Shown piece by piece: positions 1-8,283 of a DNA stretch of 64,000 bases. Source of the stretch: Terriglobia bacterium (GTDB taxonomy: Bacteria > Acidobacteriota > Terriglobia > 20CM-2-55-15); NCBI GenBank assembly GCA_965198265.1, contig CBDAPB010000032.1:2557-66556 (forward strand), in the 5' to 3' direction. The notes beneath the pieces are model-generated. The model ran no database searches. It saw only the letters and a program-made list of their open reading frames with translations, and was not told where the DNA came from. Numbering within the stretch: position 1 is the stretch's first letter; every line of letters starts with the position of its first letter. The position numbers and the translations under genes are program-made.

Positions 1-673
1 GCGCCCTTCAGCTGAGAAACAAGGTTTTCAGGGGTGTCGACGGCGACGACTCGTCCCTTGTCGATGATGACGACTCGATTACAGGTCTGTTCGACTTCAG
101 GCAGGATGTGCGTCGAAAGAAGCACGGTGTGCCGACCGGACCACTCCTTGATGAGCTCGCGGACTTCGTGTATTTGCTTCGGATCCAGGCCGATTGTCGG
201 TTCGTCAAGGATCAGGATCGGCGGATCGTTCAGCAATGCCTGGGCCAGCCCGACCCGCTGTCTGTATCCTTTCGACAGACGACCGATGATCCGGTCTTCG
301 ACCTCGAGCACATTCACCTTGTCCATGACACGAACGATCTCGTCCTCCAGCTCGGCCTTGGGGACGCCTTTGATCTTGGCAACGAAGCGGAGGTATCCCG
401 AAACGTTCATCTCCAAGTAAAGGGGAGGATGCTCCGGCAGGTAGCCGATGCGGCGGCGCACCTCGAGCGGATTCTCGGACACATCGAAACTATCGACCGT
501 GATCCGGCCCGCGGTGGGGGGCAGATAACCCGTGATCGCACGCATCGTCGTCGTCTTTCCGGCGCCGTTGGGTCCGAGAAATCCGAGTACCTCGCCCTGT
601 CCTACGCTGAAGGTGACATCCGCAATCGCGGTTTTCGTGTCGTATCGCTTCGTAAGGTTCTGAACTTCGATCA
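1..673 (-). CDS. ABC transporter ATP-binding protein (partial; 3' end lies beyond window start)
   Basis: Minus-strand translation from the ATG at 673 gives MIEVQNLTKRYDTKTAIADVTFSVGQGEVLGFLGPNGAGKTTTMR..., with Walker A GPNGAGKTT, signature LSKGYRQRV and Walker B ILILDEPT. It is missing from the ORF track because it runs off the window edge; the plus ORFs 34..420 and 108..686 are its antisense. Confidence 0.8.
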
Positions 674-744
674 TGTTTTTCGTTGAAGTAGCGTCTGGTA
701 CCGGAACCGCCAACAAAGCCTCTAGAGTTTAGCGAAGTTGGGAA

Positions 745-785
745 AACAGTGACAAGTGGCGAGTGACGAGTCGGAAGTGAGAAGC
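745..785. repeat. degenerate period-7 repeat array (CAGTGAC/AAGTGGC/GAGTGAC/GAGTCGG/AAGTGAG)
   Basis: Five consecutive heptamers of consensus RAGTGRC are visible between the ABC ATPase start and the rhodanese start. It resembles the GTAGTCA arrays found elsewhere in the window. Confidence 0.35.
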
Positions 786-901
786 GATGGCCAACATCGA
801 GTTGAAGTTCTCGTCGGCGACTGGATATCGGGTAAACTGTCAGAGCCTGCCGCGGATACGCATGACTGCTGTTGAACCTCGATAAAAGGGGAGTCGCCGC
901 T

Positions 902-1720
902 ATGCCTTACACAAACCCACACCTGCTGTGGTCCACCCACGAACTCAAAGAGCGGCAGGATGACCCGAATCTGGTCATCCTCGATCTGAGGCCACCGGAA
1001 GATTACGCGAACGGGCACATCCCCGGTGCGCGTAGTTTCGACGTTTTCGGCATCAGCTTGATCGACACGCGCGAGGGCCCGCTGAAGGCTTTTCTGTGGA
1101 TCATCGAGCACCTGATCGGCGCGAAGGGTGTCTCGGACGACAGCCGGGTCGTCGTACATGACCGGGTCAGCGGGGAAAGGGCAGCGCGCTTGTTCTGGTT
1201 CCTCGAGTTCTTCGGTCATGAAGCGGTTCACATGCTCGACGGCGGCTTCGAAGCCTGGGTCGGGACCGGTCTCCCCATCGGGCGAGACGCGATCGTGCCA
1301 CAGCGCGGCAATTTCAAAGCGAACCCCCAGCGTGAAAGGCTCGCAACCGCGGACGACATCCTGGAGCGGCTGGGCTCGGTAGCGACCTCCATCGTCGACA
1401 CCCGCAGCGAAGCTGAACACAACGCCACACTCGTCCGGTCCGCTCGCGGGGGCCACATCCCTGGTGCCGTCCACCTCGAATGGAAGAACAACCTGAACGA
1501 GGATGGAACGTTCAAGCCGGCCGAAGCACTCGCCGAACAGTACGCACGGCTGGGCGTTACCTCGGACCGGGAAGTCATCCCTTACTGCCAGGGGGGGTAC
1601 CGTTCCGCGAACACGTACGTCGCCCTGCGATTGATCGGATACCCGCAGGTCCGTAACTACCTGGGCTCGTGGGGGGAGTGGGGGAATCGGGAGGAGTTGC
1701 CGATCGAAGGGGGGGGATAA
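902..1720 (+). CDS. two-domain rhodanese (thiosulfate/3-mercaptopyruvate sulfurtransferase family)
   Basis: The protein MPYTNPHLLWSTHELKERQDDPNLVILD... has two rhodanese modules and the active-site loop CQGGYRS. The ATG at 902 gives the typical N-terminus; the ORF track starts at 872. Confidence 0.8.
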   Translation: MPYTNPHLLWSTHELKERQDDPNLVILDLRPPEDYANGHIPGARSFDVFGISLIDTREGPLKAFLWIIEHLIGAKGVSDDSRVVVHDRVSGERAARLFWFLEFFGHEAVHMLDGGFEAWVGTGLPIGRDAIVPQRGNFKANPQRERLATADDILERLGSVATSIVDTRSEAEHNATLVRSARGGHIPGAVHLEWKNNLNEDGTFKPAEALAEQYARLGVTSDREVIPYCQGGYRSANTYVALRLIGYPQVRNYLGSWGEWGNREELPIEGGG

Positions 1721-1812
1721 GAAGTGGTCAGTGGCGAGTGGTTCAGTGGTCAGTTGAAGGCGAGATCGGTAAGTCCCTTCTGGCCACTGACCACTGATCA
1801 CTGCCCACTTGT
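1721..1812. repeat. period-7 repeat array (GTGGTCA-type, ending CAGTTG) followed by an inverted copy, giving a long imperfect hairpin
   Basis: The stretch gaagtggtcagtggcgagtggttcagtggtcagttgaagg ... ggccactgaccactgatcactgcccacttg sits immediately after the rhodanese stop and before the IS1182 left end. Confidence 0.45.
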
Positions 1813-1855
1813 CCCACGCCATTTTCAACCGCTCACGGCCAGCGCCAATGTTAAC

Positions 1856-3400
1856 CTAGGAGTCTGCGCGGCAGAGCGCGAAGAACTCGAATTTATTGGG
1901 ATTTGAGAGGGTCTTCGGAGGAGAACCCATCGATTCTTCCGATACGAGGAGTTCAGAGCTGTACGGATACCAGTAATTGGCCGTGTATCGGGTCTGCTGG
2001 GTTCCGGTTTTCCGGATTATGCCCATTCGATCATCCCGTTCATCCGCCGTAAGTTCACCGCCAGAGTGAGCAGGTTCCACTCACCGGTCACTTTGTCCAA
2101 ACCGCGTAGACTGAACTGTCGGAATCCGAGCACCGACTTGATCCACCCGAAGGGCGGCTCGCCAATGTGCTTTCTGGCCCGGTAGCGGTCGCGCCCACGC
2201 TTGGTTTTCATCTTTCTCATCATCCGGCCAACAGCAGTGTCTTTGGGTGGGAGTGGAACATCGGCCAGATTCTTCTCGCGACCCATGGCAACATACCCGT
2301 CAATCTGACGTTGTTCCAACATCCCTAGATTCGACTCGGATCGATATCCCGCATCGGCCAGTACACGTTCGGGATGCTCTCCCAGGTTGTTGTTCAACGC
2401 ATCCAGGGTCGGTTCCAACTGTCCCGCGTCGGACGCATTGGAACTCACCGTTGTCGCTACGATGATCCGGGCCTCGGAATCCACCACCGCCTGCGCGTTG
2501 TAGCATTGCTGGAACCCTTCAGTGGAGGTTTTCATGATCCGGCTTTCCGGATCTGTGAAGTTGTCCTGGGCCGTCGGTTTGGGCTCGCCCATGGGGCGTT
2601 TGAATGGCTTCTTTCCGCATCCGGGTTTGTCGTCTCCCGGTTCCCGTCCCGCTTCCTGGTCCGCAGCCATCTGACGTTCTTCGAGCCGTTTCATTGCTGC
2701 CTGGATCGTGGCCAATCGCTTTTTGCGGGTCGACAACCCATCGGGCAGTTCGTCTCCGCGCCGGTCCTTGCCGTATCGCTGGTCTTCTTCCTCATCGGTC
2801 GCCGTAGCCCGGTTCAACAGATCCCGAATCTGTTCGCCCAATTCGGTCTCCTGCTTCTTCATCCGTTCATAGCTCATCGCTTTGCGTTTGCTCGCATTCG
2901 CCCGCATCTTGGTTCCGTCCACCGCCACGGTTCCCATCTTCACCAGTCCCGCTTCCCGCGCCATCATCACCACTTGCACAAACAGGTTCCCGAACTCCTC
3001 AAGATGCAGTTTGCGAAAATCCGAGATCGTACGGTGCGCCGGAAAGTTCTCCGCTCCCAACATCCGGAACGCCACGTCGTCGGTCAACTTCGCCGCGATC
3101 TTCCGCGACGAGAACACCCCGGTCGCGTACCCGTAGATCAACACCTTCACCATCATCCGCGGATCGTACGCTTGATTGCCCGGTCCGTCCGTTCCATACC
3201 GCTGCTCAAACGCGCTCAAATCCATGGCGTCCACCGTGTCCGATATGAAGTACGACAGGTGATCTTCGGCCAACCAATCTCTCAGCGACGGCGGCAGCAG
3301 CAGGCTCTGTTCTGGGATATAGGTTCGATATGTTCGTGACATGTCCTATCTTCGATCTCTATCCGCCCAATTCCGGTCCTTCTGCCGCGCAGACTCCTAG
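1856..3400 (-). mobile_element. IS1182-family-like insertion sequence, 1545 bp
   Basis: CTAGGAGTCTGCGCGGCAGA at 1856-1875 is the perfect reverse complement of 3381-3400; the 17-bp core is exact and the inverted repeat extends to 20 bp. These repeats bracket the transposase ORF. No obvious target duplication is visible. Confidence 0.75.
2017..3342 (-). CDS. IS1182-family (IS5 superfamily) DDE transposase
   Basis: The 441-aa ORF contains recognisable IS1182-type motifs (VKVLIYGYATGVFSSRKIA, AVDGTKMRANASK, AVVDSEARIIVATTVSSNASD) and is flanked by terminal inverted repeats. Confidence 0.8.
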   Translation of the reverse strand: MSRTYRTYIPEQSLLLPPSLRDWLAEDHLSYFISDTVDAMDLSAFEQRYGTDGPGNQAYDPRMMVKVLIYGYATGVFSSRKIAAKLTDDVAFRMLGAENFPAHRTISDFRKLHLEEFGNLFVQVVMMAREAGLVKMGTVAVDGTKMRANASKRKAMSYERMKKQETELGEQIRDLLNRATATDEEEDQRYGKDRRGDELPDGLSTRKKRLATIQAAMKRLEERQMAADQEAGREPGDDKPGCGKKPFKRPMGEPKPTAQDNFTDPESRIMKTSTEGFQQCYNAQAVVDSEARIIVATTVSSNASDAGQLEPTLDALNNNLGEHPERVLADAGYRSESNLGMLEQRQIDGYVAMGREKNLADVPLPPKDTAVGRMMRKMKTKRGRDRYRARKHIGEPPFGWIKSVLGFRQFSLRGLDKVTGEWNLLTLAVNLRRMNGMIEWA

Positions 3401-3406
3401 CCCCTC

Positions 3407-5050
3407 ATGCCCAGCATCACGCTCAACGGTCAGGTCTACGACGTCGAGGCCGGAAGAACCATCATCCAGATCGCAGATGAAGTGGGAGTCGAGATACCGC
3501 GCTACTGCTACCACCCCGATATCGGGATCGAAGGCAGCTGCCGGATGTGTTTGATCGAAGCCGAAGGCGCGCCGAAGCTGATGCCGTCGTGCGCAACCCC
3601 GGTCCGGGACGGAATGGTCGTCCGGAGCGACACCGAGCGCGTGAAGGAAGCGGTCCGGTACGCGATGGAATTCCTGCTCCTGCATCACCCCATCGACTGC
3701 CCTGTCTGTGACCAGTCGGGCGAATGCTTCCTGCAGGACTACTACATGGAACACGGCGGTCATGACAGCAGGTATCCGCTGGGTCAGAAGGAGAGGCGGC
3801 TCAAGGCATTCGACCTGGGACCACAGGTCAAACTGGACCGGGAGCGTTGCATCCTGTGTACCCGCTGCGTTCGGTTCACACGCGACGTCACAGAGACGGA
3901 CGAGATCCAGGTTTTCGGCCGCGGCCATAAATCCGAGATCGGTGTCTACGAGGACAAACCCCTGGACAATCCTTATTCGATCAACGTTGTGGATGTCTGC
4001 CCGGTCGGGGCCCTGACGAGTTCTGATTTCCGCTTCAAGGTGCGGTCGTGGTTCCTCCAGGGTACGCCGTCGGTATGCGCCGGGTGCAGCACGGGCTGCA
4101 ACCTCAGGATCGACCATTCGGCCCGGCCGCAGGGTGGGGGAGTTCCCGGCTATAGCGCGACGGATGGCCGGGTCTTCCGGACTGTCGGCCGCCGCAACAC
4201 CGAAGTCAACCGCAGCTGGCTCTGTGACGAGGGACGCCTGAGCTTCCATGCCCTGGAAAAGGGCACACGTCTGGTCGAAGGACGAGCGGGCAATCAGATA
4301 AAGTCAGTGGAAGGCATCCTGCCGGAAGTTCATCGCCGGTTCGAGGAAGTTCGAGCGAGCCACGGCGAGAAATCCGTCGCGGGGCTGTGTTCCGCAACGA
4401 GCACGAACGAAGCCCTGTTCCTGATGAAGCGGTATTTCAACGGCCACGTTGATTTCCGCCTGGACAACGAAGACACGACCTACGCCCGACAACAGGACGA
4501 CATGCTCCGACGCCTGGACAAACACCCCAACACCCGCGGGGCACTCGACCTCGGCCGAGATCCGGAACTGCACGGGCTGGAAGGGCTGTGCGAACTCGCC
4601 GAAGACGGACGACTCAAGGCAGTCTGGATTGCTTTTCATCCCCAACTGGTCGGAGAGGACTCCGAGAACATTGTCGGCAACCTCGAACGGCTGATCTCCG
4701 CCGTCGAGTTCAGCGTCGTGAGTACCACTCACGAACTTGGCTGGGCCGCCAAGGCCTCGGTGCTGTTACCGATAGCGGCATGGTCCGAGGAGCAGGGTAC
4801 CTACACGAATTACGCCGGCCGGCTGCAGATCACAAACCGCGCCGTGATGCCGCTGGGGGAGATTCGGCCATTGCACAGGATCATGGCCGAGTTGTTGAAG
4901 TTGCGTGGAGACGCCGCCGAAACGAAACCGTCGGAGACCTTCGCAGAGATCGCAAAGGCGGTCCCGGCCTATCGAGGCCTGGACTATGAAACGATTGGCC
5001 CGCTTGGCGCGATGTCGGTCGTTTCCGAGCCGCAGGAGGTAGTTGGATGA
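3407..5050 (+). CDS. nuoG: NADH-quinone oxidoreductase subunit G (short form, 547 aa)
   Basis: It has the N-terminal 2Fe-2S ferredoxin-like Cys cluster (CRMCLIE...C), the HPIDCPVCDQSGEC [4Fe-4S] motif and CILCTRCVRF. The start is 6 bp after the IS1182 right inverted repeat. Confidence 0.8.
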   Translation: MPSITLNGQVYDVEAGRTIIQIADEVGVEIPRYCYHPDIGIEGSCRMCLIEAEGAPKLMPSCATPVRDGMVVRSDTERVKEAVRYAMEFLLLHHPIDCPVCDQSGECFLQDYYMEHGGHDSRYPLGQKERRLKAFDLGPQVKLDRERCILCTRCVRFTRDVTETDEIQVFGRGHKSEIGVYEDKPLDNPYSINVVDVCPVGALTSSDFRFKVRSWFLQGTPSVCAGCSTGCNLRIDHSARPQGGGVPGYSATDGRVFRTVGRRNTEVNRSWLCDEGRLSFHALEKGTRLVEGRAGNQIKSVEGILPEVHRRFEEVRASHGEKSVAGLCSATSTNEALFLMKRYFNGHVDFRLDNEDTTYARQQDDMLRRLDKHPNTRGALDLGRDPELHGLEGLCELAEDGRLKAVWIAFHPQLVGEDSENIVGNLERLISAVEFSVVSTTHELGWAAKASVLLPIAAWSEEQGTYTNYAGRLQITNRAVMPLGEIRPLHRIMAELLKLRGDAAETKPSETFAEIAKAVPAYRGLDYETIGPLGAMSVVSEPQEVVG

Positions 5051-5694
5051 GCGGCCCCTACGCGGTCGATGTCCCTGTCATCAACGTCAGCGAGCGAGCC
5101 CGGCAAGAGCCCTCGCACTTCCTCCTGACGTTGCGCGCATTCGGAGTCACACTTCGTCACCTGTACCGGAGCCTCTTCAAAGGCGACCGTCCGACGATCG
5201 AGTACCCCGAACAAACCCGACAGTATTCGGAGCGCTTTCGCGGCACGCACGTCCTGACCGTCCGGGATGACGGCAGTCTCAAATGCGTCGCCTGCTACAT
5301 GTGCGCGACAGCCTGCCCCGCCGAATGTATCTACATCGACGCCGGAGAGCATCCGAATCCCGAGATCGAGAAGTTCCCGACCCGCTTCGACATCGACATG
5401 CTGCGCTGCATCTACTGCGGTTTCTGCGTCGATGCCTGCCCCGAAGAAGCCATCATCATGAGCCGGGAACACCATCAGACGGTTTACGAACGAAAAGACG
5501 CGCTCTATTCGATCGAACAGCTGATGGACCGGCCGGGCATCCACGAGAAAGGCCCCGGTTACCGACCCAGCGAACCTTTGATCCAGGCCAACGTCTACGA
5601 CGGCTCCAAGAACGTCTGCGACTACCCGTCGAAGGTGGAAGAACGCTACTCGCCGGTGTTGTACGAGTCGATGATTAAGAAGAGGGAAGGTTAG
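5047..5694 (+). CDS. nuoI: NADH-quinone oxidoreductase subunit I (2x[4Fe-4S] ferredoxin)
   Basis: Two CxxCxxCxxxCP motifs are present (CVACYMCATACP and CIYCGFCVDACP). It overlaps nuoG by ATGA, and there is no nuoH between G and I. Confidence 0.85.
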   Translation: MSGPYAVDVPVINVSERARQEPSHFLLTLRAFGVTLRHLYRSLFKGDRPTIEYPEQTRQYSERFRGTHVLTVRDDGSLKCVACYMCATACPAECIYIDAGEHPNPEIEKFPTRFDIDMLRCIYCGFCVDACPEEAIIMSREHHQTVYERKDALYSIEQLMDRPGIHEKGPGYRPSEPLIQANVYDGSKNVCDYPSKVEERYSPVLYESMIKKREG

Positions 5695-5727
5695 TAGTCA
5701 GTAGTCAGTTGCGAGTCGTCAGTCCCG
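5692..5727. repeat. GTAGTCA heptamer array ending GTCAGTTG
   Basis: The sequence ttagtagtcagtagtcagttgcgagtcgtcagtcc overlaps the nuoI stop. Confidence 0.5.
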
Positions 5728-5741
5728 AAGACGCTAATAAA

Positions 5742-5828
5742 CGGAGGAAGAGGGATTCGAACCCCCGGTGCCGTTTCCAGCACAGTGGTTTTCAAGACCA
5801 CCGCCTTCGACCGCTCGGCCATTCCTCC
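5742..5828 (-). tRNA. tRNA-Ser (anticodon TGA), 87 nt with long variable arm
   Basis: The minus-strand sequence is GGAGGAATGGCCGAGCGGTCGAAGGCGGTGGTCTTGAAAACCACTGTGCTGGAAACGGCACCGGGGGTTCGAATCCCTCTTCCTCCG. It has a 7-bp acceptor stem, anticodon loop CTTGAAA and T-loop GGTTCGAATCC. Confidence 0.85.
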
Positions 5829-6126
5829 GTAGGGGAAAGCATAGCATCTAAGATCGGTCGGTTTCTTTCAATGGACGAGTCAATTTACGAAACGCGTGTC
5901 TTGATCGACCGGGTGCCTCTGCGCGAGCGGTCTGCCGATCACTGCCGCCGTCGAAGTGGTGAAGTTGGTTTGAAGAACTGAAGGAACGGTGCGGCAGGGC
6001 TCGGCTGATTTCCCCCGGAAATTTCCCCAGAAGCTCCCGTATAGCCTTGTAGGAATTGGTAGGCCCCGGGGAATTTCATCCCGGGCCCCTCAGAGAACTG
6101 CAGGTAATCCACTCAAATCAGGGGAT

Positions 6127-6145
6127 GTGCGGTCATAGACCGCAC
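6127..6145 (-). terminator. short hairpin GTGCGGTC-ata-GACCGCAC downstream of ankyrin copy 1
   Basis: A perfect 8-bp stem sits 23 nt after the stop codon on the minus strand. No clear U-tract follows, so this is a weak call. Confidence 0.25.
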
Positions 6146-6167
6146 CTTCACCTGTTGAAGGCTGGCG

Positions 6168-8090
6168 CTATTTGGGAGGTGGCAGCGTTATGATCGCTCC
6201 CTCGAACGGCGGTACGCCGGCGCCCGCGCACCAGGCTCCGGTGCCACGGAAGTGGGTGTCGATACACCTGAACTCGGCGCCGAGGCTCAACATGTACTTC
6301 ACGGTCTCTGGCATCGGCGAACGACGATGGAATCCGGCTCCCCCGCCGCGGGCCATGTCGACCGTCGACTGGCCAAGCCGGCTGGTTGCGTGCAGATCGG
6401 CGCCTTTCGACAGCAGATAGTCGATGAGCTCGTGGTCGCCCCTGGCCGCCGCGTAGTGAAGCGGCGTGTAACCCCAGGAGTTGGGCACGCTGACGTCGGC
6501 GCCATGTTCCTCGACCAGGTACTTCACCGTATTGAAAAAGTTGTTCGGGATCTGCCGCATGTCGACGGCGACGAACCCCAGCCAACCTCCCCCCGCCGCG
6601 GCGTGTATGGGATACATGTTGGCCGTGCCCTTAGGAAACGGCGGCAGCCCGGAATCATCCGAGCCTCGCCCGTCCTCCTGCCGTGAGCCCCTCATGCCGA
6701 CCTCGTCCCACCGGGTCGGAGTGTTCGCATCGGCACCGTAGGACGCCAGCAACTTCATCGCCTCGATGTCCAGCGCGAAGGCGGCCCGCCAGAACGGGGT
6801 GAGACCGTTGACGTCGAGCCCGACGCGCCCGACGACGAATTCCCAGTACCACAGGTGTCTCGTGGTCGCCACGTTCGGGTCGGCGCCCGCCTCCAGCAGT
6901 GCTCGCAGCACGTCCATGTAGCCACTCTTCTGGTACTCGTGCGCCCGGGGCACCGGGTAACTGGTAAAGTTCGCCCACTGGGTCTGCAACACACCTAAGA
7001 GCGGTGCGACCCGGTCGGTGTGTGTGGCGAGGTTCGGATCCGCGCCGCGCTCGATCAGCACCAGCGCCAGGTCGAAGTGACCGTTCTGCACGGCACTAAC
7101 GAGGGGACTGCTTCCGTCGCCGCCGCTGATCTGGTTGATGTCGGCTCCAGCGTCCAGGAGAACCTCCGCCACTGCGATGTGGCCTTCGCGGGCCGCGTGC
7201 AGCAACGCCGTCAACCCACCCGTCTTCCCGACCAGGGTCTCAAACCACGGTCGTGCCAGGTACTCGACTTCGGTCGCCCTGTACTTTCGGCGGTTCGCCA
7301 CATCGTCGGGATGGAAGTCCACGAGCAACTTCTCGGTCGCCTCATCCGAGCGCAGGAACTCGCGCTGGGCGGCGATGGCCGCCTGCGCCTCCGTGGCGGT
7401 CAAAACCCCGTCCTCTCCCTCGGGAGAGCTCTCGAGGATCTCCTTCTGCGCCTCCTGGAGGCGTGCCTGCGCAGCCTGGTCGATGACCATTCTCTTCAAC
7501 ACATCGACGACTTCGGTGCGGATCGCCGTATCCGCGCCGTGACCGAGGAGTTCGCGGACCGACGCGGTGCGGCCGAACGACGCGGCAAACATCAACGGCG
7601 TCTGTCGGGCCGCGGCCTCCAGGGCATTCACGCTCGCGCCGTGCTCCAGCAGCACCCGAACCGTGCTCTCGCCCTCGAACGCTTTCGCGGCGAGGTGGAG
7701 CGGCGTCACGCCGCTGGCCGTCGTCACCGCGTTCGGGTCGGCGCCGGCCTTGATGAGCGCGCCGACGAGAGAGGACTTGCCAGCGCCGCTGGCGAGGTGG
7801 ATCGGCATGTAGCCGCCGAGGCGCGTCGTCGCCCCGACCTGGGCCCCCGCACCGATCAAGAGCCTAGCGATCTCGAGGTTTCCCGCCTCCGCCGCCATGT
7901 GCAGCGCGGTCAAACCGTCCCCCCGGGCCGCGTTCGGATCCGCTCCGTCGGCCAGAAGCGACCGGACGGCCGCCACGTCACCCCGCTTCGTCGCGTCCAG
8001 GAGCGGCAAGTCGGCCGCCGCAACGGTTCCGGTCAGCAGCGCGACCGCGAGGACCGCAACGGCCAGGCACGTCCCTCTTCCTGGGTTCAT
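6168..8090 (-). CDS. secreted ankyrin-repeat protein (copy 1, 640 aa)
   Basis: It has a signal peptide (MNPGRGTCLAVAVLAVALLTGTVAAA) and multiple ankyrin repeats (G-TALH-AA--G, PLH-A). It is about 98% identical to copy 2. Confidence 0.8.
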   Translation of the reverse strand: MNPGRGTCLAVAVLAVALLTGTVAAADLPLLDATKRGDVAAVRSLLADGADPNAARGDGLTALHMAAEAGNLEIARLLIGAGAQVGATTRLGGYMPIHLASGAGKSSLVGALIKAGADPNAVTTASGVTPLHLAAKAFEGESTVRVLLEHGASVNALEAAARQTPLMFAASFGRTASVRELLGHGADTAIRTEVVDVLKRMVIDQAAQARLQEAQKEILESSPEGEDGVLTATEAQAAIAAQREFLRSDEATEKLLVDFHPDDVANRRKYRATEVEYLARPWFETLVGKTGGLTALLHAAREGHIAVAEVLLDAGADINQISGGDGSSPLVSAVQNGHFDLALVLIERGADPNLATHTDRVAPLLGVLQTQWANFTSYPVPRAHEYQKSGYMDVLRALLEAGADPNVATTRHLWYWEFVVGRVGLDVNGLTPFWRAAFALDIEAMKLLASYGADANTPTRWDEVGMRGSRQEDGRGSDDSGLPPFPKGTANMYPIHAAAGGGWLGFVAVDMRQIPNNFFNTVKYLVEEHGADVSVPNSWGYTPLHYAAARGDHELIDYLLSKGADLHATSRLGQSTVDMARGGGAGFHRRSPMPETVKYMLSLGAEFRCIDTHFRGTGAWCAGAGVPPFEGAIITLPPPK

Positions 8091-8283
8091 ACGGCCCCCC
8101 TCGAATCCACCGACTCCCCGGGGAAGGTCACCGGGAACTCGCCCGTGCTGTCACCGAAGAATTCCATGTCGTCGTGTCCCATTCAGGGTGGATCCGATTG
8201 TCGCGTTGAGGTGGGAGTAGGGCGCTCTAGTGAGCGCCCTGTGTGCGGTCATAGACCACACCTACACCCGTTGAAGGCTGGCG

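Noticed and set aside
722-1828. Long minus-strand ORF (368 aa) opposite the rhodanese gene
   Set aside because: It is antisense to a clearly recognisable rhodanese and has no recognisable motifs. It is a high-GC antisense artefact.
2374-3339. Plus-strand 321-aa ORF inside the IS1182 element
   Set aside because: It is antisense to the transposase, and Arg/His-rich junk composition.
6064-6092. GC palindrome ggccccggggaatttcatcccgggcccc downstream of ankyrin copy 1
   Set aside because: Only the self-complementary CCCGGG cores pair, the arms are not reverse complements of each other, and there is no U-tract. It is not a convincing terminator.
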